Assembly (NCBI RefSeq): GCF_009914755.1
Contig: NC_060947.1
Strand: one strand, 5' to 3'
DNA from: the human T2T-CHM13v2.0 reference genome, Homo sapiens
Length of the DNA stretch: 64,000 nucleotides
The notes beneath the pieces were generated by a model. It saw nothing but the letters and a program-made list of their open reading frames with translations. It was not told where the DNA came from and did no database searches. The stretch's first letter is position 1; every line of letters starts with the position of its first letter. This document shows positions 43,878 to 57,401 of the stretch, in pieces. A program made the translations under genes and the position numbers.

Positions 43878-46219
43878 TCTGACTGTGTAATTTCAAGTAG
43901 CCTGCCTTCACGCTTATTTTTTCTCCTTGATCCATTCTGCTATGAAAAGACTCTGATTCATTCTTAAGTGTGCCAGTTGTACTATTTAGTTCCAGAATTT
44001 CTGCTTGATTCTTTTTAATGGTTTCAATTTCTTTGTTAAATTTATTTGATAGAATTCTGAATTCCTTCTCTGTGTTCCCTTGAATTTCTTTGACTTTCCT
44101 CAAAGTAACTATTTCAAATTCTCTGTCTGAAATGTCACAAATCTCTGTTTCTATAGGATTTGTCCCTGGTGGCTTATTCAGTTCATTTGATGAGGTCTTG
44201 TCTTCCTTAATGGTGGTGATGCTTGTGGATGTTCATTGGTGTCTGGGCATTGAAGAAGAGTAAGGTATTTATTGTAGTCTTCATTGTCTGGGCTTTCATG
44301 GGAAGGTTTTTCAGATATTTGAAAGGACTTGGATGTTGTGATCTAAGTTGTGTCTTCTTCAGGGGGCACCCCAAGCTCAGTAATGCTGTGTTTCTTGCAG
44401 ACTCATAGAGGTACCACCTTGATGGTCTTGGACCAGATCTGGGAGAATTCTCTCGATTACCAGGCAGCGAATCTTGTTCTTTTTCCTTACTTTCTCCCAA
44501 ACAAATTGAGTCTCTCTCTCTGGTCTGAATCACCTAAATTTGGGGGGGAGTTACATAAATACCCCTGTGGCACCACCGCTATGACTATGCTTAGTCAGAT
44601 TGGAAGGAAACACACCTCTAGGCCTTGCCCAAGGCCTGCCGTAACTACTCCCTATATTCACTCAAAATCTTGCAGTTCTACAATTAGCAGGTGGCAAAGC
44701 TAGTCAGGCCTGTATCTTTCCCTTCATGGTGACAAGTTGCTTCATGTCTCGGAGGAGACCGGAGGTGCCATCCAGGATTCAGGGACTAGAAGAGTCAAAA
44801 ACCCTAGAATTCTACCTGGTGTTCTATTATACTGTTGCCAAGCTCACACTCAAACCACAAGATTCAGTCTTTCTCACTCTGGCCTCTCCTTTCCAAAGAC
44901 TGAAGAGCCTAACCCCATAGCCTCTGCCTCCACAGGCCATGGGGAGTACTGCCAGACTACTGCTGATGTACACTTAAGTCCCAAGGGCTCTTAAGCCTGT
45001 TTGTGGTGAATGTTACCTGACCTGGGACTCACCCTTCAGGGCAAGTAGGCTTCCCTCTGGCACAGGGCATGTCCAGAGATGCCATTCAAGAGTCAAGTCT
45101 TGGAATCGAGGACCCCAAAAGCCCACTTGGTGCTCTACCTCTCTGTGGCCATGCTGGTACCTGTGGTGCAAGACAAAGTCCACTTTACTTTTCCCTCTGC
45201 TATCCTGAAGCAGGACTTTTACCCCATAACCACCTCAATTGGGAATGTCATGAGTCTCACCTGAAACCAGCAAGTCTCAGAGTCTCATCCAAGTCTCTTG
45301 ATATAGTACCTGATTATCGCTGCTGGTTATTCAGGGCCCAAGGGTTCTTCAGTTAGCAAGTGATGAGTGCTTCCAGGACTGAGTCCTTCCCTTCAAGTCA
45401 GTGGGTTCCCTTCTGGCCCAGAATGTGTCTAGAAATGCTGTCCAGGTGAAATGTCTGCCTTCTCCCATGTGAGCTAGGGCCTGGAACTGGGGCCTCACAA
45501 CTCTGTCCAGTGCCCTGTCCTGCTGTGGCTGATCTGGTATCCAGGATATACAACAAAGTCCTACCACTCTTCCCTTCACTCTCCTCAAGCAGAATGAAGG
45601 AGTCTCTTTTGGAGCTGTGAGCTGTGCAGCCTGGGTTTAGGAGGGTGATGCCAGCACTCCCTTAGCTGCCCTAGCTCGTGTCTCAGTAGGTCACATGCTT
45701 CCATAGTCCATTGTCTCTCGGCCCAGTTCAGCACTAGGACTCACCTAAGAGTTGTGGCCCTTATGGCCTAGACTGCCTTTCAAGTTTATTTAGAGACCCA
45801 GAGCACTTTATCTTGTGGTGACTAGCTTAGCCCTCTGGCTAGGGCTGGTGTAATTGCTCGCTCCATGGTCAACATTTTTTCTGATTTTCCTTTCTGCTCT
45901 AACAGGACAGCACTGAGTTCAATGCCTTATGACTGCTGTGTTCTCCCTCCCACAGCATCCACAGATGCTCTCCACACCATGCTGTCACTGCTGGGGTGTG
46001 GTGGATGGGTGGCATAGGCAATTCAAAACTATTTTTTCTATCTCTTCAGTGCCTCTTTCAGTAATACAAAGTTAAAACCAGGTACTGTGAGGGTTCACCT
46101 CATTTTTGATTCTTATGAAGGTGTTTCTTCCATCTAGATAGTTGTTAAATTGGTGTCCTTTTAAGAGGGACGATCAGTGGAACCTTCTATTCAGCCATCT
46201 TGCTATGCTTTTTCTTCTC

Positions 46220-47925
46220 AATATAATTTTTATCCTTGCTTCTTCAAAGGATTTTTTCAATTTTTTTTCTTTCCTTTGGATTTTGTGAAGTTTAAAAATG
46301 TTATATCTAGGTGTGGATTTTTTGGTATTTATCCTGCTTGGTATTCTCTGACTTTCCTGGATCTGTGGGTTAGTTTTTATTGTTAGTTTTGGCAAATTTT
46401 CTGTTATTGTTGCTTCATATATTTATTCTGTGTTTTTTTTGGGGGGGTGTGGGGGGTCTTTCTTCTCCTTCTGGTATTCCCGTTCTGTGTGTTTACACCT
46501 GTTGTTATTGACTCTCAGTTCTGAGGTAAATATTCTGTTCTGTTTTGCATTCTTTTCTCTTTATGGATTTCAGAATTGCTAATTCTTTCCTTGGCTGTGT
46601 CCAATCTATTAATGAGACTATCAAAGGAATTCTTCATTTCTGTTATAGTAATTTGTAATTTCTAGCATTTCTTTTTTATTCTTTCTTAAAGTTTTTGTCT
46701 GTCCACTTATATTATCTATATCTTATTTAATGTTGTCCAACTTTTTATTAGAGTTCTTATCGTATTAATTATAGTTGTTCTAAATTCCTGGTTTGATAGT
46801 TCTATCATCTTTGTCATATCTGAGTCTGACTAATGCTTGCTCTGTTTCTTCAAACTTGATTTTTGTCTTTTAGTATGCTTGGTAAATTTTTTTTAGCCAG
46901 GCACAATATACTGCTTAAAAAGAACTGAAGTAAATAGGCCTTTAATGTGAGATTTTTTGTTTATCTAGTTAGGGTTTAGGCTGTGTTAACTATTTGCTAT
47001 CATTGTACATTTAGAAGTTAAACTTTTCTCTAGCGTCCTTGCTTTGTCTCCCCTATTGTCTTTGGGTTTTCCTTGGAGAATTATTAAATATCATCTGAGG
47101 CACAGGGTTATTTCAGTTCTATTTCTGTATTATACATGAGCTCTATTGTGGTGGTGGGTGGGTAGTGGGACAACAATCTATATTTCCATGATTAGATCAA
47201 AGTCTTTTTAGCAATCCTGTACTACTGGGCTGTGACATTTACAAGTGCTTCTGAGGTTTTTGTTTGTTTGTTTGTTTTTCTTTTTAGGACAGTCAGGAAG
47301 GCTAAGAGGGTACTAGAGTTGGACATTTCGCTTCCTCCATGTGGAAGGTAGCAAAAGCTGGAGGTGGATATTTTCCTTTTCCCCAAGTTGGTTAGACTTT
47401 GTAAAGCTCCAGTAGGTTACACTCCAGTAAAATAGCTTCTCTTGAGGGTGGCCCTTGTTAAGAAAAAAAAATACTCTGAGCATATTTTTAAATTGTTACT
47501 TTATCTCTTGTCTTACCAGAAGCATGAAGGGAATATAATAGAGCTCCTGGAGGTAAAACCAAGCTCCCTCAATCCCCACTAAGACTAGGCTGTCTGGAAT
47601 TTTAAACTCTTAAACTTGTCCACACTAAGCTTCTAGGTAGTCATCATAAGGTTTTTTTGTTTTTGTTTTTTGTTTTTGTTTTCCCCCAGACTGGTTTCTG
47701 TGGAGGTTTCTGCTCATTGCTTTCCATTAGGGTAAGTTGTGATCCTCCATCTCTATCAGTCCATCTCTTCCAGTTTGGGGGCAGAGGTTTGCCCTGTGAT
47801 ATCAGTTCCCTGATGAATCTAAAAAGAGATTGATTTTCATTTTGTTCAGTTTTTTTTCTTGTTTTGTGAATGAGAAAGACATATTTCAACCTCCTTACAT
47901 GCTAGGCTGGAAAACAGAAGTCCAC
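46220..47925 (-). mobile_element. Old L1M ORF1/5' region
   Basis: ctaggtgtggatttttt...ttcctggatctgtggg, tctccttctggtattccc. Confidence 0.65.
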
Positions 47926-48720
47926 TCATTCTTTTGTTACAGGTGTATATACTCCATTATATTAATATAATATAGTTTATACAAGGATTAGCCTATGTAT
48001 GGTCATGTGTATTGTTTTGAATACTTTCCGATTACAAACAATGTAATTCTGATGTATTTAGATTTCTTTTTACAGCATTATATTCTGTTTTTCTTGCCAT
48101 TTCTATATTTGTTTGCTTTATTGGCTAACATCTTTTGATTTATTAATTATTTCCCCATTTTATTCATTCTTTTGTTTATATGGAAGTTATTCTCTTTTTT
48201 ATTGTGGTAAAAAAAAAACCTTAAATTTGCCATCTTAACCTTTTTCAAATGTACAGTTCAGTAGTGTTAAGTATATCTACATTGGTGTGTAACATATCTC
48301 TATAACTTTTTTATCTTGTAAAACTGAATCTCTATACCCATTAAACTCTAATATTCTCTACTCTCTCCCTCTAACCCTTTGCAAACACCTTTCCACCTTC
48401 TGTTTCTATAATTTGATTACTTTAGATACCTCCTATGAATGGAATAATGCAGTATGTGTACCCTTGTGACTGCATTGTTTTGCTTAGCCTAATGTCTTCA
48501 AGGCTTATCCATGTTGTAGCATGTGATAGGATTTCCTTATTTTCTAAGCCTACATAATATTCCATTGTATGTGCATACCACATTTTCTTTATACATTTAT
48601 CTGCTAACAGACATTTGTGTTGCTTCCATCTCTTGGCTATTGTGAAGAATTATAGAATAAACATGTGTGTTCAATTATTTCTTCAAGATCCTGCCTTGAA
48701 TTATTTTGAATATATATGTA

Positions 48721-48998
48721 TATGGAGTCTCACTCTGTCACCCAGGCTGGAGTGCAGTGGCGTGACCTCTGCTTACTGCAACCTCCGCCTCCTGGGTTCA
48801 AGCAATTCTCCTGCCTCAGTCTCCTGAGTAGATGGGATTACAAGCACGTGCCACCACGCTTAACTAATTTTTCTATTTTTAGTATAGACGGGGTTTCACC
48901 ATGTTGATCAGGCTGATCTCAAACTCCTGACCTCATGATCCACCCGCCTTGACCTCCCAAAGTGCTGGGATTACAGGCATGGGCCACCATGCCAAGCC
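48721..48998 (-). mobile_element. AluSg-like with eroded tail
   Basis: gacctcatgatcc (2 bp deletion class); TSD-like tttg(a/g)atatat on both sides. Confidence 0.92.
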
Positions 48999-49007
48999 TT
49001 TGGATAT

Positions 49008-49409
49008 ATTATTTTAACATGTTCCCCAACGTTCATGTTTTAGAAACTTAATCCCCAATTCAACAGTGTTGAGAGGTGTGGCCTTTGGGAGATGCTTAGG
49101 TCCTCAAGGCTCTACCCTCATGAATGGATTAATGCCCTTATAAAAGGGCTTGGTGGAGGGACTTTATCCCTTTTTTTTTCCCTTCTGCCTTCTGCCATGT
49201 GAGGAACATAGCATTCTTCACCTTTGGAGCGTGCAGAATTCCAAGTGTCATCCTGGCAGCAGAGATCAGATTCTCACCAGACATCAAAGCTGCAAACACC
49301 TTGACTTCGGGCTCCACAGCCTCCAGGACTGTGAGAAATAAATTTATCTTAATTATAAAATACACCGTTTCTGATATTCTGTTACAACACTACAAAATTT
49401 ACCAAGGCA
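49008..49409 (+). mobile_element. MaLR solo LTR (MSTD/MLT1A-like)
   Basis: gaaacttaatcccc...ccctcatgaatggattaatgcc...cagcctccaggactgtgagaaataaattt. Confidence 0.85.
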
Positions 49410-50331
49410 GAATATACATCCAAAAGTGGCATTACTGGATCACATGGTAATTTATATTATTTTTAATTTTTTGAGCAACATATATTCTGTTTTCTATAAT
49501 GGTTACACCATTTCACATTCCCACTAGCAATGCACAAGGGTTCCAATTTGTCCACATCCTCAACACTTGTTGTTTTCTGTTCTTTTGATAGTGATCTTCC
49601 TAACATGTATGAGGTAATATCTCATTAAGGTTTTAATTTGTATTTCTCTTATGACTGCTGATGTTGACCATCTTTTCACATATTTGTTAGCCATTTGTAC
49701 ATCTTCTTTAAAATACTCTATTCTTACTTTTATAGTTTTTACCCTAGAAATTGTAAACTACGTATTCAACATTTTCTTTATCTTTCTTGCATCTCAGGCC
49801 TTCTATCTTGTTCTCTTCCCCATCTAAATTGTATCCTTGAAATTGTATGTTTGAATTTGTTTTAGTGAGGAATTACTGGTTACATATCTTTTTTTGGTTT
49901 AAAAATCATTATTCTCTTCTCATTCTTTAAAGGTATTTTTAATGTGTAAAATTCTACTTTGACAGTTTATTTTTTCTTTTTATCAGCATAGTAAACATTT
50001 CTGATTACTTTTAAAGTCTTCTCTTTATCTTTGACATTTTGAAGTTCATGCTGTATCAAGGTGTGGATTTCTGTTTTATTCATCTTGTTTGGGAATCATT
50101 AGGTTTCTTGAATCTATTTATTGGTGGCTTTGATCACCAAACCTAACTTCTGGAAATTCTCTGCCATTATCTCATGAGTTATTTCTAACCTACTTTTTCT
50201 CTCCTCTCCTATTCAACTTCAATTGGACATGTGTTATATATTCTTATTCTGTCTTCCTGCTTTCTTACTCTCTTTTTTACATTTTCCACATTGTTTTTTG
50301 GATAGCATTAAAAAAAATTTCTTCAATTTTT

Positions 50332-51366
50332 GGGAGATCTTCCAAGATGGCTGAATAGGAACAGCTCTGGTCTGCAGCTCCCAGTGTGATCGATGCAGAA
50401 GATGGGTGATTTCTGCATTTCCAACTGAGGTACCAAGTTCATCTCATTGGGACTGGTTGGACAGTGGGTGCAGCCCATGGACAGTGAGCCAAAGCAGGGC
50501 GGGGCTTTGCCTTACCCAGGAAGTGCAAGGCCTTGGGGGATTTCCCTTTCCTAGCCAAGGGAAGCTGTGACAGACTGTACGTGGAGGAACGGTACACTTC
50601 CAGCCAAATATTGTGGTTTTCCCACAGTCTTAGCAACTGGCGCACCAGGGGATTCCATCCCATGCCTGGCTCGGTGGGTCCCACACCCAAGGAGCCTTGC
50701 TCACTGCTAGCACAGCAGTCTGAGATCAACCTGTGAAGCTGCAGCCTGGTGGGGGGAGGGGCATCTGCCAATGCTGAGGCTTGAGTAGGTAAACAAACCT
50801 GCTGGGAAGCTCAAACTGGGTGGACCCCACTGCAGCTCAGCACAGCCTGCTCTCTAGATTATACCACTGTGGGCAGGGCATAGCTGAATAAAAGGCAGCA
50901 GACAACCTCTGCGGACTTAAACATCCCTGTCTGATAGCTCTGAAGAGAGCAGTGGGTCTCGCTGCACAGTATTCAAGCTCCAGTAATGGACAGACTGCCT
51001 CCTCAAGTGGGTCCCTGAACCCCGTGTAGCCTGACTGGGAGACTCCCCCCAGTAGGGGCTGACAGACACCTCATACAGGCAGGAGCCCCTCTGGGACAAA
51101 GCTTCCAAAGGAAGGATCGGTAGCAATATTTGCTATTCTGCAATATTTACTGTTCTGCAGCCTCTGCTGGTGATACCCAGGCAAATAGGGTCTGGAATGG
51201 AACTCCAGCAAACTCCAACAGACCTGCAGTTGAGGGGACTGACTGTTAGAAGGAAAAGTAACAAACAGAAATGAGCAGCATCAACATCAACAAAAAGGAC
51301 ATCCACAACAAAACCCCACCTGTAGGTCACCAACATCAAATACCAAAGGTAGATAAAACCATAAAG
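50332..51366 (+). promoter_or_regulatory. L1 5' UTR internal promoter (CpG-eroded) with YY1-like site
   Basis: caagatggct at 50343 (consensus CAAGATGGCC); many CpG to TpG/CpA changes. Confidence 0.75.
50439..50771 (-). pseudogene. LINE-1 ORF0 homologue (open frame, ATG mutated to TTG)
   Basis: Peptide ADAPPPTRLQLHRLISDCCASSEQGSLGVGPTEPG aligns with recalled L1HS ORF0 MAGAPPPASLPPCSLISDCCASNQRDSVGVGPSEPG. Confidence 0.8.
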
Positions 51367-52392
51367 ATGGGGAGAGACCAGAGCAGAAAAGCTGAAAATT
51401 CCAAAAACCAGAGTGCTTCTTCTCCTCCAAAGGATCACAGCTCCTCGCCAGCAACTGAACAAAACTGGATGGAGAATGAGTTTGATGAGTTGACAGAAAT
51501 AGGCTTCAGAAGGTCAGTAATAATAAACTTCTCCGAGCTAAAGGAGGATATTCTAACCCACCGCAAGAAAGCTAAAAACCTTGAAAATAGGTTAGACGAA
51601 TGGCTAACTAGAAGAAATAGTGTAGAGAAGACCTTAAATGACCTGATGGACCTGAAAACCACAGCATGAGAAGTTTGTGATGCATGCACAAGCTTCAATA
51701 CCTGATTTGACCAGGTAGAAGAAAGGATATCAGTGACTGAAGATAAAATTAATGAAATAAAGTGAGAAGACAAGATTAGAGAAAAAAGAGCAAAAAGAAA
51801 TGAAAAAAGCCTCCAAAAAACATGGGACTATGTGAAAAGAACAAATCTACATTTGATTGGTGTACCTGAAAGTGACGGGGAGAATGGAACCAAGTTAGAA
51901 CACACTCTTCAGGATATTATCCAGGAGAACTTCCCCAACCTAGCAAGGCAGGCCAACATTCAAATTCAGGAAATACAGAGAACACCACAAAGATACTCCT
52001 TAAGAAGAGCAACCCCGAGATACATAATTGTCAGATTTACCAAGGTTGAAATGAAGGAAAAAATGTTAGGGGAAGCCAGAGAGAAAGGTCGGGATACCCA
52101 CAAAGGGAAGCCCATCAGACTAACAGCGGATCTCTTGGCAGAAACCCTATAAGCCAGAAGAGAGTGAGGGCCAATATTCAACATTCTTAAAGAAAAGAAT
52201 TTTCAACACAGAATTTCATATACAGCCAAACTAAGCTTCATAAGTGAAGGAGAAATAAGATCCTTTACAGACAAGCAAATGCTGAGAGATTTTGTCACCA
52301 CCAGGCCTGCCCTACAAGAGCTCCTGAAGGAAACACTAAACATGGAAATTAACAAACGGTACCAGCCACTGCAAAAACATGTCAAATTGTAA
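51367..52392 (+). pseudogene. L1 ORF1p, disrupted by stops
   Basis: MGRDQSRKAENSKNQSASSPPK..., IIQENFPNLARQANIQIQEIQRTPQRYS; premature stops at 51669 and 52152. Confidence 0.92.
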
Positions 52393-52456
52393 AGATCATC
52401 GATGCTATGAAAGAAACTGCATCAATTAATGGGCAAAATAACCAGCAAACATCATA

Positions 52457-55400
52457 AAGACAGGATCAAATTCACACATAACAATATTAACCTTAAATGT
52501 AAATGAACTAAATGCCCCAATTAAAAGACACAGACTGGCGAATTGGATAAAGAGCACACCCATCAGTGTGCTGTATTCAGGAAACCCATCTCACATGCAG
52601 AGACACACATAGGCTCAAAATAAAGTGATGGAAGAAGATCTACCAAGCAAATGGAAAGCAAAAAAAGCAGCAGTTGCAATCCTAGTCTCTGATAAAACAC
52701 ACTTTAAAGCAACAAAGATCAAAAGAGACAAAGGCCATTACATAATGGTAAAGGGATCAATTCAACAAAAAGAGCTAACTATCCTAAATATATATTCACC
52801 CAATACAGGAGCACTCAGATTCATAAAGCAAGTTCTTAAATACTACCAAGAGACTTTGACTCCCACACAATCATAATAGGAGGCTTTAACACTCCACTCT
52901 CAATATTAGACAGATCAATGAGACAGAAAGTTAACAAGAATATCCAGGACCTGAACTCAGCTCTGCACCGAGTGGACCTAATAGACATCTACAGAACTCT
53001 CCACCCCAAATCAACAGAATATACATTCTTCTCAGGACACATTGCACTTATTCTAAACTTGACCATATAATTAGAAGTAAAGCACTCCTCAGCAAATGTA
53101 AAAGAAGAGAAATCACAACAAACTGTCTCTCAGACCACAGTGCAATCAAATTAGAACTCAGGAGTAAGAAATTCACTCAAAACCACACAACTACATGGAA
53201 ACTGAATAACCTGCTCCTGAATGACTACTGGGTAAGTAACAAAATTAAGGCAGAAATAAAGATGTTCTTTGAAACCAATGAGAACAAAGACACAACATAC
53301 CAGAATCTCTGGGACACATTTAAAACAGCATGTAGAGTGAAATTTATAGCACTAAATGCCCACAGGAGAAAGCAGGAAAGATCCAAAATCAACACCCTAA
53401 CATCACAATTAAAAGAACTAGAGAAGCAAGAGCAAACAAATTCAAAAGCTAGCAGAAGGCAAGAAATAACTAAGATCAGGGCAGAACTGAAGGAGATAGA
53501 GACATGAAAAAACCCTCAAAAAATCAATGAATCCAGGAGCTGGTTTTTTGAAAAGATCAATAAAATAGACCACAAGACTAATAAAGAAGAAAAGACAGAG
53601 GAATCAAATAGATGCAAAAAAAAAAAAAAAAAGATAAAGGGGATATCACCACCAATCCCACAGAAATACAAACTACCATCAGAGAATACTATAAACACCT
53701 CTACACAAATAAACTAGAAAATCTAGAAAAATGGATGAATTCCTGGACACAAACACCCTTCCAAGACTAAACCTGGAAGAAGTTGAATCTCTGAATAGAC
53801 CGATAGGTTCTAAAATTGAGACAATAATTAATAGCCTATTAACCAAAAAAAGTCCAGGTCCAGACAGATTCACAGCCAAATTCTACCATTGGCACAAAGA
53901 GGAGCTGGTACCATTCCTTCTGAAACTATTCCAATCAAAAGAAAAAGAGGGCATCCTCCCTAACTCATTTTATGAGACCAGCATCATCCTGATACCAAAT
54001 CCTGGCAGAGACACAACGAAAAAGAAAATTTTAGAACAATATCCCTGATGAACTTCGATGCAAAAATCCCCAATAAAATACTGGCAAACCGAATCCAGCA
54101 GCATATCAAAAAGCTTATCCAGGATCAAGGTGGCTTCATCCCTGGGATGCAAGGCTGGTTCAACATATGCAAATCAATAAATGTAATCCATCACATAAAC
54201 AGAACCAATGACAAAAACCACATGATTATGTCAATAGATGCAGAAAAGGTCTTTGACAAAATTCAACAGCGCTTCTTGCTAAAAACTCTCAAAAAACTAG
54301 GTATTCATGGAACATATATCAAAATAATAAGAGTGATATATGACAAACCCACAGCCAATATCATACTGAATGGGCAAAAACTGGAAGCATTCCCTTTGAA
54401 AACCGGAACAAGACAAGGATGCCCTCTCTCACCACTCCCATTCAACATAGTGTTGGAAGTTCTTGCCAGGGTAGTCAGGCAAGAGAAAGAAATAAAGGGA
54501 ATTCAATTAGGAAAAGAGGAAGTCAAATTGTCCCTGTTTGCAGATGACATTACTGTATATTTAGGAAGCTCCATTGTCTCAGCCTCAAATCTCATTAAGC
54601 TGATAAGCAACTTCATCAAAGTCTCAGGATACAAAATCAATGTGCAAAAATCACAAGCATTCCTGTACACCAATAACAGACAAACAGAGAGCCAAATCTC
54701 AGAAGTAACACCACACATTTACAACCATCTGATCTTTGACAAACCTGAAAAAAACCAGCAATGGGAAAGGATTCCCTATTTAATAAATTGTGCTGGGAAA
54801 ACTGGCTAGCCATATGTAGAAAGCTGAAACTGAATTCCTTCCTTACACCTTATACAAAAATTAACTCAAGATGCATTAAAGACTTAAATGTTAGACCTAA
54901 AACCATAAAAACGCTAGAAGTAAACCTAGGCAATACCATTCAGGACATAGGCATGGGCAAACACTTCATGACTAAAACACCAAAAGCAATGTCAACAAAA
55001 GCCAAAATAGACAAATGTGATCTAATTAAACTAAAGAGCTTCTGCACAGCAAAATAAACTATCATCAGAGTGAACAGGCAACCTGCGGAATGGGAGAAAA
55101 TTTTTACAATCTACCCATCTGACAAAAGGCTAATATCCAGAATCTACAACTTAAACAAATGTACAAGAAAAAAAAACAACCACATCAAAAAGTGGGCAAA
55201 GAATATGAACAGACACTTCTCAAAAGAAGACATTTATGCACCCAATAGACACATGAAAAATGCTCATCATCACTGGTCATCAGAGAAATACAAATCAAAA
55301 CCACAATGAGATACCGTCTCACGTCAGTTATAATGGCGATCATTAAAAGTCAGGAAAAAACAGACGCTGGAGAGGATGTGGAGAAATAGGAACACTTTTA

Positions 55401-55808
55401 CACTGTTAGTGGGAATGCAAATTAGTTCAACCATTGTGGCAGACAGTGTGGCGATTCCTCAAGGATCTAGAACTAGAAATACCATTTGACCCAGCAATCC
55501 CATTACTGAGTATATACCCAGAAGATTATAAATCATGCTACTATAAAGACACATGCACACGTGTGTTTATTGCAGCACTATTCACAATAGCAAAGACTTG
55601 GAACCAAACCAAATCTCCGTCAATGATACACTGGATTAAGAAAATGTGGCACGTATACACTATGGAATACTATGCAACCATGAAAAAAAGAATGAGTTTC
55701 ATGTCATTTGCAGGGACATTGATGAAGCTGGAAGTCATCATTCTCAGCAAACTATCACAAAGACAGAAAAGCAAACACCACATGTTCTCACTCATAGGTG
55801 GGAGTTGA
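52457..55808 (+). pseudogene. L1 ORF2p (EN/RT), disrupted
   Basis: Start ATG mutated to AAG; [10 protein letters not shown] and FADD motifs; several frameshifts; internal deletion at ~54698. Confidence 0.92.
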
Positions 55809-56181
55809 ACAATGAGAACACTTGGACACAGGGCAGGGAATATCACACACCAGGGCCTGTTGAGGATGGGGGTCTGGGGGAGTGATAGCATTAGGAGAAA
55901 CACCTAATGTAAATGACGAGTTGATGGGTGCAGCACACCAACATGGCACATGTATACATATGTAACAAACCTGCACGTGGTGCACATGTACCCTAGAACT
56001 TAAAGTATAATAATAAGAAAAAGAAAATTTCTTGAATTTTTTTTTTACAGATATCTAATTCTGTCTTTGGCTTTATTTGACCTGCTGTTAAATCTGTCCG
56101 TTGAGTTTATAATCTCATTTACTATATTGTTAATGTTTTGAATTTCTATTTTTTTAAAAATTGCCATGTTCATTACTTATT

Positions 56182-56264
56182 ATTTTTTTCATGTTTCTTT
56201 CATTTTTTAAATTATTATTATACTTTAAGTTTTAGGGTACATGTGTGGGATCATTTCTATAGTT
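56182..56264 (-). mobile_element. Tiny young L1PA 3' tip with TSD
   Basis: attattatactttaagttttagggtacatgtg; 15 bp TSD tgttcattacttatt at 56167-56181 and 56265-56279. Confidence 0.88.
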
Positions 56265-57401
56265 TGTTCATTACTTATTTTTAAACATTTCTCATTTTTG
56301 TAATATATTAAGTATACTTGCTTTATGTTCTCTGTCTTATAATTTCAAGATTTGAACTTTAGTTTTGTTTTTTTTTTTTGGTTTGATTCTCTTGTTTCTT
56401 TTCTGCTGTCTTTTATGGTGCTTTCTTCTTAACCATTTGAGCATAGAGACTTTTGACTATCAGTCACTTACTTGCTTTGAATGTTCATCAGTGGAGATTA
56501 AATGATGCTTAGGTGAGTACCTACAGAAAATGTTTGGGTTATATATTTGAGATGTGTGGGGATACCAATAGTCTAAAACCACTTTAATTAATTTTCTGTT
56601 TGAGTTTTTGGATATTCTTGGTAAAAAATGTTGTATATGTAAACCTACTTGAAGCTTTCTTCTGTTTATGAGTTCTCAGGAATTATTTTTCTATCATCAC
56701 TTAGCACCAAGATTCAAGATAATCCATTTTCTTTTTGGTCCCCTTCCGAAGCCAGTTTATATGTGGATTACTATTAAATAAGCTTCAAACATCAGAGATT
56801 CCAAATTTATGGAAGAATTTTTAAATTCATTTCTCACTTTAGGGGTTCCTCAACTTTGTCTTCTGTTCCCCAAATCCTTTAAGTCTTCAAAAAGTAATGC
56901 TTAATTTCATCTAGTTTGGCAAGTGTTATTAACATAAAAGCTTCAGGGCTGTACTTAACTTTCTGGGTAGCTATCCTTTTCATTTAATCCCTGGCCTAAC
57001 AATTCTTCACTTTTTGTCAGTTCATAAAAGGTGTTAACAATCTTTTGAAAAATATTTGACCCATTATTTTTGTTGTTTTTCAGATAGAAGATCAGTCTGA
57101 GCATGTAGTCTGTCATGCTGCTTTCAAGAGGACAAGAAAAATGTGGTTTATATGTTTTACTATATTTTGTGTGCACCAAAAATATTGTACTATTTTTTTG
57201 GTGGTAGACATATTTTTATTTTGTGGTAGTCATGGTTGACAATACGGTTGATACAGAAGGACTAGAAACAATATATCAATAATGAAAAACAAATAAATTC
57301 CATTATAATTGCTATTATCAACTTTTTTTCTTCTCTCCTTGAAGATCAGATTACAAGAGTTAACTCTGAATTCATTCGGCATTATTCATTGCTTCATTTT
57401 T

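Larger units (their letters stand above)
48195..49710 (-). mobile_element. L1MB1-3-like 3' end interrupted by an Alu and a MaLR LTR
   Basis: aaatgtacagttcagtagtgttaagtatat...; resumes at atacatccaaaagtggcattactggatc. Confidence 0.82.
50332..56023 (+). mobile_element. Near full-length L1PA6-like LINE-1, inactive
   Basis: 5' UTR, ORF1, ORF2 and 3' UTR present; gtaaatgacgagttgatggg diagnostic; TSD aaaatttctt(c/g)aattttt at 50314-50331 and 56024-56041. Confidence 0.95.

Noticed and set aside
50332-56023. Retrotransposition-competent L1
   Set aside because: ORF1 stops, lost ORF2 ATG, frameshifts and an internal deletion.
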